Shown here: positions 25,956-39,661 of the stretch, one piece after another
How the letters are laid out: each line of letters starts with the position of its first letter
How positions within the stretch are numbered: the stretch's first letter is position 1
Assembly: GCA_011109175.1 (NCBI GenBank)
Contig: RDEW01000100.1
Span: forward strand, 26,639-90,638
Length of the DNA stretch: 64,000 nucleotides
Source of the DNA: Dicyema japonicum
Taxonomy: Eukaryota; Animalia; Dicyemida
Direction: 5' to 3'
Made by a program: the position numbers and the translations under genes
The notes under the pieces: generated by a model
What the model saw: the letters and a program-made list of their open reading frames with translations, nothing else
The model's database searches: none
Told to the model about the DNA's origin: nothing

Positions 25956-27119
25956 TGTTAAAGTTCAAGGATAGTGGGTTACCCCTATATTAAAGGTACA
26001 CATTCTAAACTTTTTTGTGTCCCCGAGAATGTAGTTCTTCAGGCCAATATTGACCTACGTGAGTGCATCGTGGTCAATGGTCATTCCGCAATCCAAGAAC
26101 CTGCCAACAAAATTATTATCTCTAATTCTTAGTCTATAACTCTTGAAGACCAACCCTACCAAGCCAACTGTACCCATATAAAATACATAAAAAAACTCAA
26201 ACGAGAAAACTCCGAGTCCATTATGAGGAGCGGTTCAAATGTCCGTCCCCATCAGTTTCGACTTTCCCTATTGGCTTGAGATTACTTATTTGGTAGGATA
26301 TTTGGTCTCTTTTAACCTTGATTATGTGTCCACTTAAAAAAGGATCTCACTCTTTTCTTTTTCAATGGGACGGTTGGCGATATGGATGGCTGTGATGCTT
26401 AAAAAAGATGCCTCTCACTCTGACCGTGAGAACTGGGAACACTTAGTTGTGAACTCTCTTTCTCTTTAAACCCGGCAATCCAGCAGCAATAAATATCAAA
26501 ATACAGTAAACCTTCATTAATCGAAAAATCATTTAATTGTAATTAATATTTGTGTTTTCATATATCAGAATAAAAATGTAACAAAAATTATGTTTAATAA
26601 TCGTTTTCTGTCTTTTATTTTTTGAATTATCCCTTCTAAAGTCCCTATTGTATTTAAATTTTTCAATGTTTCAGATTGAATCATTTCTGAAAATTTGAAC
26701 TTTGTTCTACAATGTTAATTGCATTTAATAGTTGTATTGGCGAACATTCTCCATCGGTACTCCATTTTCAGCATCATAATTTTCTCCTGACATTATAATC
26801 ATTAAAAAGGTGATGATTTTGTTCTAGTCGAGCATTTTTTTGTAAATTCCTAGCTTTTCACTAAACACTTAGCTTTTGAAATGATGAAATCGTCAGTAAT
26901 AAACCATCTTTGAATTCCATTACAAGTTGATATGTTTTCCTCTTGGCTGTCTGACTTGTTAATCACAGTTTTCCCATTTTCACGAGTTTTAAGAATTTCT
27001 GAAAATGTAGAAGTTACAAAAATAAAGGTTAATTTTTATTTCACAGATATGGATAATTCTCAGAGTCATTTTTATTTATTTTTATTTTTAATAAAATAAT
27101 TTTTAACAAAGAAAGAAAT

Positions 27120-27330
27120 GTTAGTTGAGGAAGCCGGCTGCGTGAATTGCGAACGAGTTCCCTCGGAGTATGGCCATTCCAATCTTTTGTCTCAGCCATA
27201 ACCCTTCTCGTAGATCCCTTTTCTTTCTGGCAAGCATTTCTCCTAGTTCTCGCAAGAACTCACCCGTCATTGGACCAAAGGCTCCCGATGATTCTGTCTT
27301 GATTTTTAAATTCTCCGCGGTCGAAGCAAC
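27120..27330 (-). mobile_element. CRE-like 3' end
   Basis: KTESSGAFGPMTGEFLRELGEMLARKKRDLREGLWLRQKIGMAILRGNS. Nearly the same sequence as 51075-51253. Confidence 0.8.
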
Positions 27331-27470
27331 TGTCCAGGTGTCTGAACCGATTTGAAATTATATTTATTTCAAAAAAATTTTCTTTTCTTTGCATTAGAAA
27401 ATTTGGTCCTCTTTCTAGACACTGCAATATTATTATTATTATTAAAGCACTTTCACGAAAGCCATAATGA

Positions 27471-29952
27471 TTATAGCCCCGCATGTGCAACACTCAAAGA
27501 AACAATATTTATAGTTAGTCTTTTCCATCTTCCTCTGTCGAATGCGAGTGATCTCAATTCGTCCAGGTCGTCTCCCGTCTTTAGATTTTTTCTCACACGA
27601 TTTAAGTCTTTGTTTAGGGCTGTCGGAAGTGTCGATCTAGGTCGTCCGCGGAAGGGTTTTTCGCATCTGTCAAAGTAATCTTCCATCGCTTTGTTAGCGG
27701 GTGCGTCCGGGTTCATTCTTAGTACATGCCCAAATAGCCTCCACCGGGCATCTATCACATCCTTGCTGATGTAAGAACACATACACTTGTTGTAGATACC
27801 AGTGGTTGATATTCTACGTGGCCACTCCATTCCGAGTAAGCTTCTTAGTTGCCTTCTATGGAACGAATCCAGTTTCAATAGTTCTTTGAAGGAACTTCTC
27901 CATGTCCATCGTTATACAGTAGGATCGGTTTCACAAATGCGTTGTAAAGCCTGCATCTGATGTCAATTCCAAGTCCTTTGGCTTTTAGCCATCCTTTCTT
28001 CAGTTTAGCCATTGCCGCATTTGCCGGTGTTTTCCTCCTTAGTACATCTTCAGCGTCTCCTAGTAGAAAGCCGAGCTTATTAATACGTCTCCATCTTTCG
28101 TGAGTAATATCGTCTTCTCTTTTGATTTCCGTAATTTCAGTTTTGTTTACATTTACGCTGAGAAACCATTTCTCAAGCTCCGCAGGTGCATTTTCTAGTA
28201 GGTGTTGGAGTGCTGTCACGTCCCGTGATACAAAATCCACATCATCCGCATAAGATGTCTCTTCTATGTCTCCTATATAGCATTTACGGAGGTCGCGGAG
28301 TGCAGATTCAAGGTATATGGTGAATAGTAAAGGGGAGAGGGAATCATCCTGGGGTGCCGCAATCGTTGTTTTGAAACTGCGGGATGTTGCTCCTTCTGTC
28401 CTCACAGATAGTCTTGTGTTCGCAAGTAGTAGTCTGATTATCCTAACCGACGATTCATCCAATATTTGCTCAAGCACATTCATCAGTTTCTGTCTGTTTA
28501 TTGAGTCGAAAGCTCTGGAGAGATCTATTCCCAACACGGTCATTGCGCTCTTGAATCTTTAATTCGTCTCACAGCGCCATCTGTGGCTCCATACAATGTT
28601 TCTCGTAGACCTCCCTCTTCTGAACCCACTTTGACTTGCTGGTAGGTATAGATCCGCCACACCCTTTATCCGGCTTAGTGCAATGTTTGCCAGCAGCTTG
28701 CGTATCGAATTTAAAAGTATTATCGGGCTGAGATTTTTAACTGGTCCTTTTGATTTGATTGGATTTTGTATGGGTATTAATAATCTATTTCCAAGTTCTA
28801 GATCGTATTAGTTTCAAAGATGTCATTTAGGGTTTTGCAATTAATCGCTAAGTTTTTTTGGCCCATATTTTAGGAGCTCAGGGCTTATGTTGTCCGGTCC
28901 AGCACTCTTGTTGTTCTTCAGTTTATTTATCGCTAATTCCACCTCTTCCACTGTGATTGGGATTTTTAGCGCCTTTGCTTTTCCTTGGAAAGGGGAAAGT
29001 CATTATTTTCTTTATTCAACAGTGTTTCGAAGTGTCGTGCAATCAATTCTGCTTTTTCTTTCGGGTTACCCACGAATTTTCCATCTTTGTCTTTGATGTG
29101 AAGGATGTTTTGTCCTTTCTTTGTCCGCAGCAGCCGCAAAGCCGCATACATCTTTGAATTGTCTTTTAGACATTCCACATCTTTTAATAGGGATGTAATA
29201 ATTTCCCGTGAATGTTTTCTGTTCATCTTTTTGATTTTCCACTTTAGTTCCCTTTGTTGGATATTAAGCTCTTTTTTTTACTCTCGTCTAACGTGTTTGC
29301 CGCTTTTAGTCGTAGCTCTCTGAATTTTGATCCCACAGAGTTCGTACTGATGCGGTTTTCACCATAAGAGTCTCGATTTGTTCATGATATTTAGCTCTAC
29401 AAGTTGGCTCTAACCACAATTTTTCTGTCTGAAAGTATATATTGGGTCTTTGTCTCGCCTTCTTCCCGTTTTCAATGTATTTTTCCCAGTCAGGTGCTTT
29501 TTTACACAAAGTTTTGCAATGACGATCCTGTGGTCGCTGTCGGTTGTTGTTCCCTGGTAGGAACGTGCATCATTTATCAGGTGTTTATCAGACTTTCGGC
29601 AGATAATGTAATCGATTTGATTATATATATTCACGGTTTCTCCGACAGAGTTTTTTCTTTGTCCGTGCCACGTCGTCTTGTGGCAAGCTGAGTGCGTAAA
29701 GGCCGTGTTGCACAGGAAAAGGCTATTTGCCTCGCAGAAGTTTACCAGAGAGGCTCCAGATGCATTTCTCCTTCCGCGCCCGTGTCTTCCAATAGAGGAT
29801 TCTTCGGGCCCCATTCGCATTCCGGCCTTTGCATTCATATCTCCCGCAACAAAGACAAGAGACGAGGAAGCATTGTTAGAGTATGTGCTTGATAGTTCTG
29901 AGTAGAATTCCTCGAGTTCACTGGGGTTCTTGATTACTCGTCCACAGTGCAA
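27471..29952 (-). mobile_element. RTE family B LINE (APE + RT), frameshifted
   Basis: APE motifs VAGDMNAK, LCNTAF, NQIDYI, SDHRIV at 29410-29952. RT motifs at 27875-28900 and RWRLFGHVLR/RGRPRSTLP at 27471-27878. Confidence 0.9.
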
Positions 29953-30049
29953 TATTTTAAATTTAAAATGTAATTTTTTTAGCCGGAAAACGATTTATTA
30001 ACAAAAAAAGATTTAAATAATTAATCCTTTGCAGATATGATTGCGTATG

Positions 30050-30345
30050 CGATTCTATGTATTACGGTAATCTCGATTCGTTTTCTTAGCCAGAACGTTT
30101 CGCGGCATTCTTATTTTCGGCTCGCTAGTTTCCCTCTAATTTCTTTCAGAAAGGCCGCAGTGAGGAATCCTACGGCTCCCGACGTTTCTATAGTCACAGG
30201 TGTGAATCGATATCGGTCTCCAATGGCCGAAAGTTCTGGATTTTGGCCAATTATGCTGCGTTGGCCGCAGATCCAGGTTTCTAAGCAGATCTCAGAAGAA
30301 GCGAATTGGAGAAGGTATCACACAGGTTATATTCCAAACCAATAA
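30050..30345 (-). mobile_element. CRE-like 3' fragment
   Basis: LVWNITCV and RFTPVTIETSGAVGFLTAAFLKEI...FWLR on the minus strand. Confidence 0.7.
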
Positions 30346-31288
30346 TTTTCAGTGTGAATATGGGAAAGCGTCATTCCAAATGTAAATTCATTTAAATTTA
30401 AAATAAAATAATCCGAAAATTTAATAAATGTCTTTAAATAATGAACTTTCGGTTTATTGAAGCTTGTTTGTATGGAATCCACGTAAAATTTCGCTGATTC
30501 ATCAAAAATTGGGATTATTGAATTTCGGATTAATAGGTTCTACTGAATTAGACTTTAATCATACTTAATTTTTGATCAAACCATCATAACTTATACAAAT
30601 CTTTGGCAATCGTTCTCCTCATTTTAGAGGAATGTACTACCAACTGATCCTCATTTATTATTCCATACCGGAGTCAGACATCCGTCTTCTAGGATCTAAT
30701 GGTGCATCCGCATAGCTGACTCAGCCCCTTCTTCAAGTTGGTTCTAAGCAGATATGAAATCCTCATCAGCCACCTTAACCTCGTGCTTGTGGTCAACCAC
30801 ATACTATCTAAAGTTTTTTTTTGAAAACGAATGATTGGATGCATGTGCTAGTAGCTTCCTCAGTGCACTTCAATTGTATTTATTTCGTTTTGATCATATA
30901 ACGAAAATATGAAATTAGTTGAATTGTACCTTTGTTGGAGCAATTTTCATCATATCAACTTGTATCTCAACATTGTGTGCCGATAATATTAACTGAGCGA
31001 AGTGCCCCTTCAACTGCTTCATTTCTTAACTTCGTACATTCTGCAGACATGCAAATTTTAATCAATGTTTCGAGGCATCAAATGGAGTCAATCATAACAC
31101 TACTAAGTAATAGTTAATAATAAATTAACGCAGCCATCCATCCATAGTGGTCCCCGCCAACAATATTTGATTATAATGTTGAAAATAAGAGAAACTCTAT
31201 TAATGGTGGATGACGATCAGGATTCGCTCAAATAGCCAACAGAGTTCACGGGGAACTCCTGTTTGTGTAGAAATATGAATCCCTAGAC

Positions 31289-32633
31289 CAGTGGTGTTCA
31301 ACCTTTTTGAGAGCACAAAACCCTATCGACATTTTTCATTTTATACGGAACCTTTATATAGTTTTTAACAATTATCAGTATTTTACAGATATAAAAAAAT
31401 AAAATATCAGTTGTGAGATCGTTGAGGCTGATGTCTCTTGCATAGCTCTGTAATATTTGGCCTTGTCCTTGACAGTGATAAACATAAGTCTTCTTTCACA
31501 TACAGTAGGTTCGCGGTTTTTATGCTTTATATTTGTTAATGCAGAAAATCCACTTTCACAGAGATAAGTCGTTGAAAACTGGACCGAAACTCTTAACCCT
31601 TTGTTTGCTAGAATAGGATTTTTTTACAATCAGCAAAAACTAATCAATGTTCCATTTTTAACGTTCTGTCACTTGAAACAAACGCAAGTTCTTTTCCTTT
31701 TTTAATAATAGCTCGTTTCCAGTTATTTTATAAACAGCAAAAGGATTCCTCGGCAAATCATAGAGTTCAACTGATATTGGTGGAAGATAATTATTCGTAC
31801 ATGTAAATAGTGACTCCAAACGGTCTACAACTTGTGGAACAATTTCTTTAAAATTTTTTTTTTGCACATGAGGGAACATTTCCAAGTTTCCATTCGTGAT
31901 ATGTCGTTTCCACATTTGTAGTTTTTTAGAAAAGCAGCTATTTTGTCCGCGCAACTCAATAGATTTTCATTTCTTCCCTACATGTTGTTATTGAGAACAT
32001 TGAGTTCGTGAAAAATATCGGCGAGGTATGCTAATTTGCAACACCACATTCATCACTAAGGCATTCAATTAAGTCATCCAACTTCTCTTGTATACAAGAA
32101 GCCAACAATTCTTGTCTTAGTTCATAGAAATTAATTAACATGTTTCCCTTTGAGAGTCATCTTACTTCAGTATGCAAAATCAAAACTGAATGTTCTGCAT
32201 TTTCACAAAGTTTTGAGAACTGTCGCAATTTCAACGGCCTCATTTTTATGTAATTAATTATTTTTACAACCATGTCCAAACACTCAAAATTTGAATTTAT
32301 AAGATTGAAAATGTCATCCCTTTGTTGTTCCGAGAAACTTTTTGCAGCAAAGAAAATCTTTAACAATGAATTCATCGATCATATATCCAACGAAAACAAG
32401 GAGTGCATTCTTCCTGTCATATCTGAGCTTTCATCCACTTGAAGCGAAAAAAACAGATTTTTTTATTCGCTTAACAAAAGTGGTGAAACTGAAGGCAATA
32501 TAACTTTCTCGATACGATCGAACTTTAAGATATGCACTGTCACAAGACTCCATTTAGACACGCGCAAATTAAATTACTTCGTTTTGAAAAATTATTTTTT
32601 TGAACTTTGCGAAACCCAGGTTGAGAAACACTG
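31289..32633 (-). mobile_element. Buster/Charlie-type hAT transposon, internally deleted, perfect 8-bp TSD
   Basis: TIRs CAGTGGTGTTCAACC and GGTTGAGAAACACTG. TSD CCCTAGAC at 31281-31288 and 32634-32641 (nnnTAnnn). Transposase remnants: VKIINYIK, LILHTEVRWLS, KLAYLADIF, KLQMWKR. Confidence 0.92.
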
Positions 32634-32639
32634 CCCTAG

Positions 32640-33230
32640 ACGACTCAAGAATTCCAGCGTCTAGGCGCAAGGGAACCAGACGTTTCAACAGCGAGTGGAA
32701 CAAACAAATTCTCATTAAGACCGCGTACTTTGTCCGTTTGACCTCTCGCCTTCTCAGCGGCAGAACAGGCTCCAGAGGGACACTAAATGAATTGAGCCAT
32801 GATCACAATCATGTGGTTGAATGATCTTGAATTTATCATATTAATCCTTTAACATTGGTTCCCCTTCATACTGGAACCCACAGGCTTGGACAGGGAGACG
32901 GAAAGCGACCAGACTGAGTAACAATTTTTTCATTCGAGAATAGAAACCGTTCGTTTGGGAAGCAACATGTGTCGACTCTCTTTGCTCACGACAGAGAAAA
33001 AGACAACACTAAAGAAAAGAAGTACATAGGACTCCTCGACCCGTGTATCTTCCGCGCGAGTGCTATTGAGATAACCAGAGTAACAAGCAGCAAGTCCCTG
33101 GTCTTCCTCAAGAAACTTGGAGTATGGGTTAGTTCAGAAGCAGCAAGTCTCTGGTCTTCCTTGAAACTCATAGTTTTTGAGTGTAGCCGAAAGTCCCAGC
33201 TTCATGAGAAAATTTTCCAGTTGTCAATTA
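32640..33230 (+). mobile_element. CRE-like C-terminal fragment
   Basis: LEPTGLDRGDGKRPD and FVWEATCVDSL on the plus strand, decayed. Confidence 0.7.
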
Positions 33231-34079
33231 TTTAAATCATATTAAAATTTAGTCACCAAATTCAAGTATAATGCAGTTTCCGAAGTTTACATAGGTCATC
33301 ACTGTCTCTGAGATGCCTCCAGATCCCTTGAGGGTCTTCGTACAAATCGTTCGGAGAGTGATTATTGACCGTCCATTAAATAGGGAAGCGTCAGAGACGA
33401 AGAAGTCTCCAATTTTTAAATCTTTGATGATAAATATATGAAAAATTGATTGTAAAATGATAATTATTTTTTTTATTTAAAAAAAAAAACCAAAAAAAGT
33501 ATTAACTCATTAATTAGGTTATCCTAGCCTCCATTATTTCTCTATTTCTCCTCGAATGCTCTGCCAGCTATCCAACTACACTCCGGAATAGTCTTCTTTT
33601 ATATCTGCAGAGGAATTCTATTAGCTTGCACTTTTTATTGCCGATCTGAATTCTTCTGCCTTTTTACTGAATGGGTTTCCTAGTCATTGCAGATACGTAA
33701 GAAGCCGTGGCCATTTCTCAACGTCGCCGCCTCTGAAAGCAGACTGGGGATGGATATGGTGTCAGAGTGCATGTTTTATACGCTCGACCCTAGACGAGAA
33801 AAGAGCGAATCTCAAGGCAGAATAGAATATTAATAACTTGAAGATATAGTTTGCAGGATTCAAGCTGCTGGTGGGAAAGGGATCTTCTTCATAGTAGACT
33901 TTAGGACGTTCCACTTTCGAAGACACTTGGTTAACACTACCTCCGTCATTAGGATCTTCTGGATTCGTTAAAAGAAATAGGAATGTTTCCGAAGAGTACC
34001 TCAAGTCCACCTTTAAATCTCCCGTCCGTAGTGAATAGGGTGATCTGAGACAGACAGAAAATTCGCCGATAGCCAGTCA

Positions 34080-34300
34080 CACCCTGGTATAGGTGTCACA
34101 ACTGTTCAATCTTTCCATAATATGTCAACGCATTTGTATCTCCCAGCATTTGACTATACCCTCCTTTAGCTTGGTCTCGTTAACCATCAAGATATCGACC
34201 TTGGAGGTCATCGTAAATAGCGTCAGTTCATCATGCCTTTTCCTTAGGTATCAGCAGCACTATCATTGCCACGTGACGCACACTAACAATTCAAGCTCCT
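34080..34300 (-). mobile_element. Decayed APE endonuclease N-terminus of a LINE
   Basis: VTWQ...KRHDELTLF...VDILMVNETKL. Confidence 0.4.
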
Positions 34301-34455
34301 CGGAGCCAAAAGGGAAGAGGAGGAACAGAAGAAAAAACAAAAACTCCTCAATTCAAGTAGCCATATAGTACCACAATAGCATTGGCAGCACGCGGTTAAT
34401 TAACCACTATAAAAAATTATGTTAATAAATTCATAATAAAATTAAAATCATTAAT

Positions 34456-35080
34456 TTATAAGACTAATTGAGAAATAGCAACCAGGAAATCCATAAATTC
34501 CATAGTTGCGTTTCCATTCCTATTCACGTCAAAAAATTTAAAGTGATCGGTGAGGCTCTGAAGTGATAAATCAAATTAACCTCAATAATTATCAAAATCT
34601 TCACGTATTGGTCAAAACTCAATCCGCGGCTGTCTCGGCTCACTAAATCAACAACATATCTTAAAAACTCATGACTAAAACGATAGCCTTAAGTAAAACA
34701 TATGAAGGACCCATGGATTGCAGTAAACTCATAATTTCGTTAGAATCAACAAATCCTGACCTGTCACGGTCTGTATTCCTGAAATCGGCTGTCCATTTCT
34801 GAACTTTAGGGTACAAATGTCGAAATTCATTCAAATTTATACATCCCAAATTTTTTTGTCGACAGTTTCTTTTAATTAGTAACAATTGAAACTTATCATT
34901 AGGCGTATACTCTCATCGTTGAAATCATTCTTCACACCTGTAAATAAATATAATGTCATTACCGTTAGAAAGAGCTCTTTTGAGTTCATGTGGCGTTAAA
35001 AAGCCGTCTTTGTTGACATCAATACTAAATGGTCAAAACAGGGAATACGAATTAAAGATATAATCTGCATCATAAATCAT
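34456..35080 (-). CDS. PDCD6: Penta-EF-hand protein, PDCD6/ALG-2-like, 6 exons
   Basis: Removing five 23-25 nt GT-AG introns gives MIYDADYIFNSIDVNKDGFLTPHELKRALSNG...DRDRSGFVDSNE...MGYRFS...LTDHFKFFDVNRNG...QLVL*. ELKRALSNG corresponds to ALG-2 ELQQALSNG. Confidence 0.85.
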
Positions 35081-35379
35081 CACAAATATTAATATTATTT
35101 AAAAAATAAATCTATGATTAAGATTTATATATAAATATTCTTAAACCCAGGAAACCCGAAAACCTCATTTTCATTTTATTTTCTTGATTTAACAAGAATT
35201 GATGACCTCAATAGCCGCGTGACGCCATGTGGTGTTTCGTGGCTAATTGGTTGAAGTTTCTGTTTTGTTCGTCTGTTCCTCCTCTCTCTTCCTATTATGT
35301 GATCCACCTGTCTAGGTGGCGCCCAGAAAATGATCATTTACTCTCCCCCACTCTACTGGAGGGGTTTTCACAACCAACT

Positions 35380-35730
35380 ACACGGAAAAAATCTTCATAT
35401 ACCATTTTTACAACCGACCGTAGACAAAGAATACGCTAGAAATCAGCCTTTATAGATATATTATTTCCATGTAGAGACATCCAAAGAATACTGGGAATTA
35501 CCTTTTACCTATTGATATTTTTTTCCCAGCATGTGAAGAACGTTCTGGTAACGGCTCTCCAGAAACTCATTTCTAAACTCCCGGACCCAATCGTCAAAAG
35601 AATGTGCTGCCTTCTTATATAATCAGCCCTTAAAGTCGACGATGGAATATCCCTGTGCCTCATGCTCCTGTGCCCTGTTAAGGTCTACAGGGGTCACTTA
35701 ATTAGATGGTTTAACTCCTTTCTTGGTGTT
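35380..35730 (-). mobile_element. Highly decayed LINE RT fragment
   Basis: GVKPSN.VTPVDLN (resembling GVKQGDP.SP.LFN) and AHSFDD (resembling YADD). Confidence 0.35.
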
Positions 35731-36103
35731 CTATTTTTGGGGTTAGATAACAATATTATAAATGCGTAGGACTAAAGTGGTCGATGAAGAAAAAGCCAGA
35801 AGCGTCATGTGAGAAATGTTCCACGGGAACCCTTAGTCTCTGATCTTGGAGGATGTCTTCATGAAAGGCTATTTTGCAGCATCTGGGAAAGGATTCCGTA
35901 GACGTTTATATAAGATTATTTTTAGTTATGATGATCTGAGATCAATCCAAAGAACATTGAAGGACGAAGAAGACCTTGTTTCTTAAGAAATGTATATAAA
36001 ATCCTTTGTTCAGATGCAAAATACCGATTCTTTTAATTAATTATTTTTATTTGCGTAAAATTTGATAGAAAATAAAATAAAAAAATTAATTATTATACGT
36101 TTC

Positions 36104-37906
36104 ATGTTCTTTTTTGTGTTGTTCTCTTTATTTTCGTCACAATCAAAAATTAGTCCGTTTTATGGAGTTCCAACTGAAAGTAATAGGTAAATAATCAGGC
36201 AGAGTTGAAACTGTACGAGGGATCAGGGAATTCGTGGTCATGTTTGATTTCTGGTGACAAAATTCCTTATAATTACATAAATGATTACTTTTGTGACTGT
36301 CCAGACGGCACCGATGAGCCAGGTGCGGATATTATTTATATTTTAAGGGACACCTGCCTGTTCCAACACAAATATGACTTTTAACTGCAAAAATATATCG
36401 GGTTTATGGAGGAAAATATTCCTACTGGACACGTGAACGATGGATTATGCGGTTCGGTAGTATCCCTGATTTTCAGATTGTTGTGACGGCTCGGATGAAC
36501 ACGGAAACGTGGCGTCAACAGTCTGTCAGGATTCCTGCAGGTATTTGAATTTTTTATTTTAGTCAACTAAAATCAGAATATGTAGTGAATTTGAAGGACG
36601 AGGTTGAAAAGAGGAACGTAGGGTACCGATTGAGGCTGGAGTACATCTCCGGATTTGAAAACAGTGAGGTTAATAACCCGGTTTGTGGGTTTCTCTTAAT
36701 TTTCAGGAGAAGATGGAAGAATTGTTAAGAAAACTGGGGGAACTGAAGCAAAACGTGACTATTTACGAGAGTAGCACTAATCCTTAATTCAAGGATGTCT
36801 GAATTTAATAAATTCAACGGAAGACGCAGTTTTGGAGTCTATGGAATGCGACCATGTACTTCCCGTAGATTATCAGGTTCATGACGATGAAGATCACGAG
36901 GATGGTTCACCTAAGGGTCACTCCTTGGAGGAAAATAACGAATGGTACTCTGAGGATGGAAAACATCACGTGAGAGAAAAGCCATCCTCTCCAAGTCACC
37001 AGAACCCGATGTGTTTGTCGCTTGGGTCCGATATTGATGTCTTTGAGGATCCCGTACAATATGATTCCACTGGATTCTCTGCCTTACTACAGGATTATGT
37101 TGACAAAGACCACTTGGTTTATGCTAATGCTTTGACGGATGTAATTGTGGGGTTTAATATCAGTTTATCTATGATGGAGTCTCCGGAGAGATTTCCACAG
37201 AGGAAATTAGGGTGAAGTACGAACAGTGGTATCAATTGAACTGTGGTCCTCAGAGCTCCGGTTTGGTCGAAGTGATTCATTTTAGAATCTTCCGATGTGG
37301 AAAACTTTTCGAAAATTGAACGAGGTTTCTTCTTGGTTAAATTTCCTAGGAATCACGTATAAAAAGTTGCTAAGGTTCACGAAAGACAGGATTACCAAAA
37401 TCGAGCAAAAGATCAGGTAATTTGGTTTTAGAAGTCGTAGTAACATCCAAATGGCAGGATATTTAGATTTAGGCGATGGTGCCTTCTTTGAGTTGTTGGG
37501 ATCTTGTTACAAGTATGTTACGTCTTTTGAGTACGAGTTTTGTCCGTTCCGTTATGTACGTCAGATTGACCTAAATACACGAAATTCCGTGAATCTCGGG
37601 TTTGATTGAAATTTAATGGAAGGACTTGGTCTGACTGGGTAGAACGCTCTGGAGATCGAGTTATGTTATACTCCAACGGTGATCCTTGTGAGGAGGGCCC
37701 TCAACGCTCGACTAGAGTGATATTCTGAAAGATTTTTGTAGATTGAATTTATCTGTGGTTTTGAAGATGAAATAAAGCACGTGGAGGAGCCTGAAATGTG
37801 TGTTTATGTTATTAAGATGAAAACTCCCGCTGTATGTCCTCAAGTTATCCTTGAAGAGGAAATCGAAAAGAAGTTTGGCTCTAAATTTATTAGTGATGAA
37901 CTATAA
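36104..37906 (+). CDS. PRKCSH: Glucosidase II beta subunit, multi-exon
   Basis: Signal peptide MFFFVLFSLF, then INDYFCDCPDGTDEP|GTPAC, VNDGLC|DCCDGSDE, an acidic region at 36832-37215, an MRH domain (YEFCPF, CGFEDEIKHVEEPEMCVY...KTPAVC) and an ER-retention-like SDEL* ending. The introns I resolved are mostly 23-25 nt. Confidence 0.9.
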
Positions 37907-38569
37907 CTTAACATTAGACGGTTTTTGTTTTGAATTTAAATGAATTTAAGTTTGTCTTGAATAAAGGTAGTCATTTCGAAATGGATAAAGCCCCCATGGT
38001 TACTTCTTAGTGGACGTTTTTTGTCAAAAAAGTCAATTGATTTCAAATACCCCTCACAAGTCCAGAATCCGTAGAAAGGAAAGAGAACATCCAGTCTTTG
38101 GTGCTATGAGAACCCATTTAATGGAGTGTGGGAGCAAATGATCCCTTTTCGAGTCGTCCTAATATTGGGTGACATCTGCGACAAATGTAACACATGACAC
38201 CATTTTAGCAAAGAGAAACTTTTGGTAAATGAGGACCGTTTCCGCAATGTCTTAATTTCGTTTCAGGCATCGGATATGGCCGGGCCTGTCAAGGTGTTCT
38301 ATGAGAGATTGGAAACGAAATCTCATCTATGCTAAGAGAGCCTCGGAAGCAGCGTCGATTCCGTAAAAACCTCGAAATTGTCATCGTTCACGGCAATGCT
38401 CATTGTCTCTTGGAAGCTGTTGTCTGATGAAAATCAACGTGTTTATTTGTAAAACAATTAAAATCCTTTAACTAAGAGGCCAGGATTATCGGCCTATTAA
38501 CCTGATAAATTCACGTAAAATTAAAACAATTTCTATGATCTTGCTTTTAAAATTTTAATTAAAGAAAAG

Positions 38570-39110
38570 GGGGCAAACGTGTCCTGCAGGTGACGTCCCA
38601 GACAAGCGGTTTCTCGCTTCAAAGAGGAAGATGGTCATCCCATCTGGTCGTTTCCCGTCACAAACTGGTTTGAGCATGGAAGTGTGTCCGGTGGCGTCCA
38701 AAGCTCGCTTATTGACTTCGATCATGGCCATATGTCTGGGAGATCTGCCGTGAAGTTTTCCAACAGGAGAGAGGGTGTAAGAAAAAACAGTCAATCAGGT
38801 TTCCGCATCGGCACGGATGCGACACACAAACTTTTAATTCGAGTCGTAGTGAGATCCCGAAAGGTACTACGCCTGTTTTTCACCATCCAGAAAGGTACCT
38901 AAAACTCCATTGGGAATGGCGTTGAGCTAGGCACCGCTCTCGGAAGACGCCCCGACAACAAACAGGGACGGCGATGGTGGTTAGAGGGAGAGAACATGGA
39001 AGGTAGGGACAACTGATAGGTACGGCTCCAGGCCTCAAGAGAAGGACCGTTCTAATCTGTATAAAATTCAGGAAGGGAGTGTAGAATTCTCTTAAAAGGG
39101 TGTTACAATC
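38570..39110 (-). mobile_element. CRE-like fragment (minus)
   Basis: CDGKRPDGMTIFLFEA and a Zn-knuckle region. Inverted homologue of 39330-39661. Confidence 0.75.
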
Positions 39111-39329
39111 CTTTTAGCGACGAGAGATATTCAAGGTGAGAGATGTCTACATAGGTGCGAATTCTAAGCCCTCCGAAAATGACCGCAGTGTGGTCTGGTT
39201 CCATGAGTATTGATCAAACCGGACGTTTAAGATACGCTTAAATCTCTCTAAAGACATCCCCGACAACAAACAGGCACGGCGATTCCCTTCATACCTATCA
39301 TCGCTAATGGCCTGTAACTCCCATGTCAA

Positions 39330-39661
39330 AAGGATTCTACACTCTCTACCTGAATTCTCTATTGACACGGACGCTGACTATGCTCGTGAGGCCTGGAACC
39401 GCACTTATCAGCTTTCTCTGTCTTCCTCGTCGTGCCTGTTTGTTGTCGGGGGCGTCTTCCAAGAGCGGTGCCTAGCTCAACGCCATTCCCAATGGAGTTC
39501 TGGGTACCTTTTTGGATGATGAATGCGTTCGTATTGGGATCTTATTGCGACTGGGATTAAAAGTCTGTGTTCCACATCCGTGTTGATGCGGAGAACAGAT
39601 CGATTGTTTTGGCCTACACCCTCTCTCTTGCAGGAAGAGTACAGACAGATTTCCCAGACAC
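39330..39661 (+). mobile_element. CRE-like fragment (plus), interrupted by the RTE
   Basis: ECVRIGILLRLGLKVCVPHPC*CGEQIDCFGLHPLSCRKSTDRFPRH, followed directly by RTE sequence. Confidence 0.75.

Noticed and set aside
25950-26260. Possible membrane-protein exon on the minus strand
   Set aside because: Contains an in-frame stop and no recognisable motif or splice structure.
26730-27000. Possible pogo/CENP-B HTH remnant
   Set aside because: Only a weak resemblance, with no TIRs and multiple stops.
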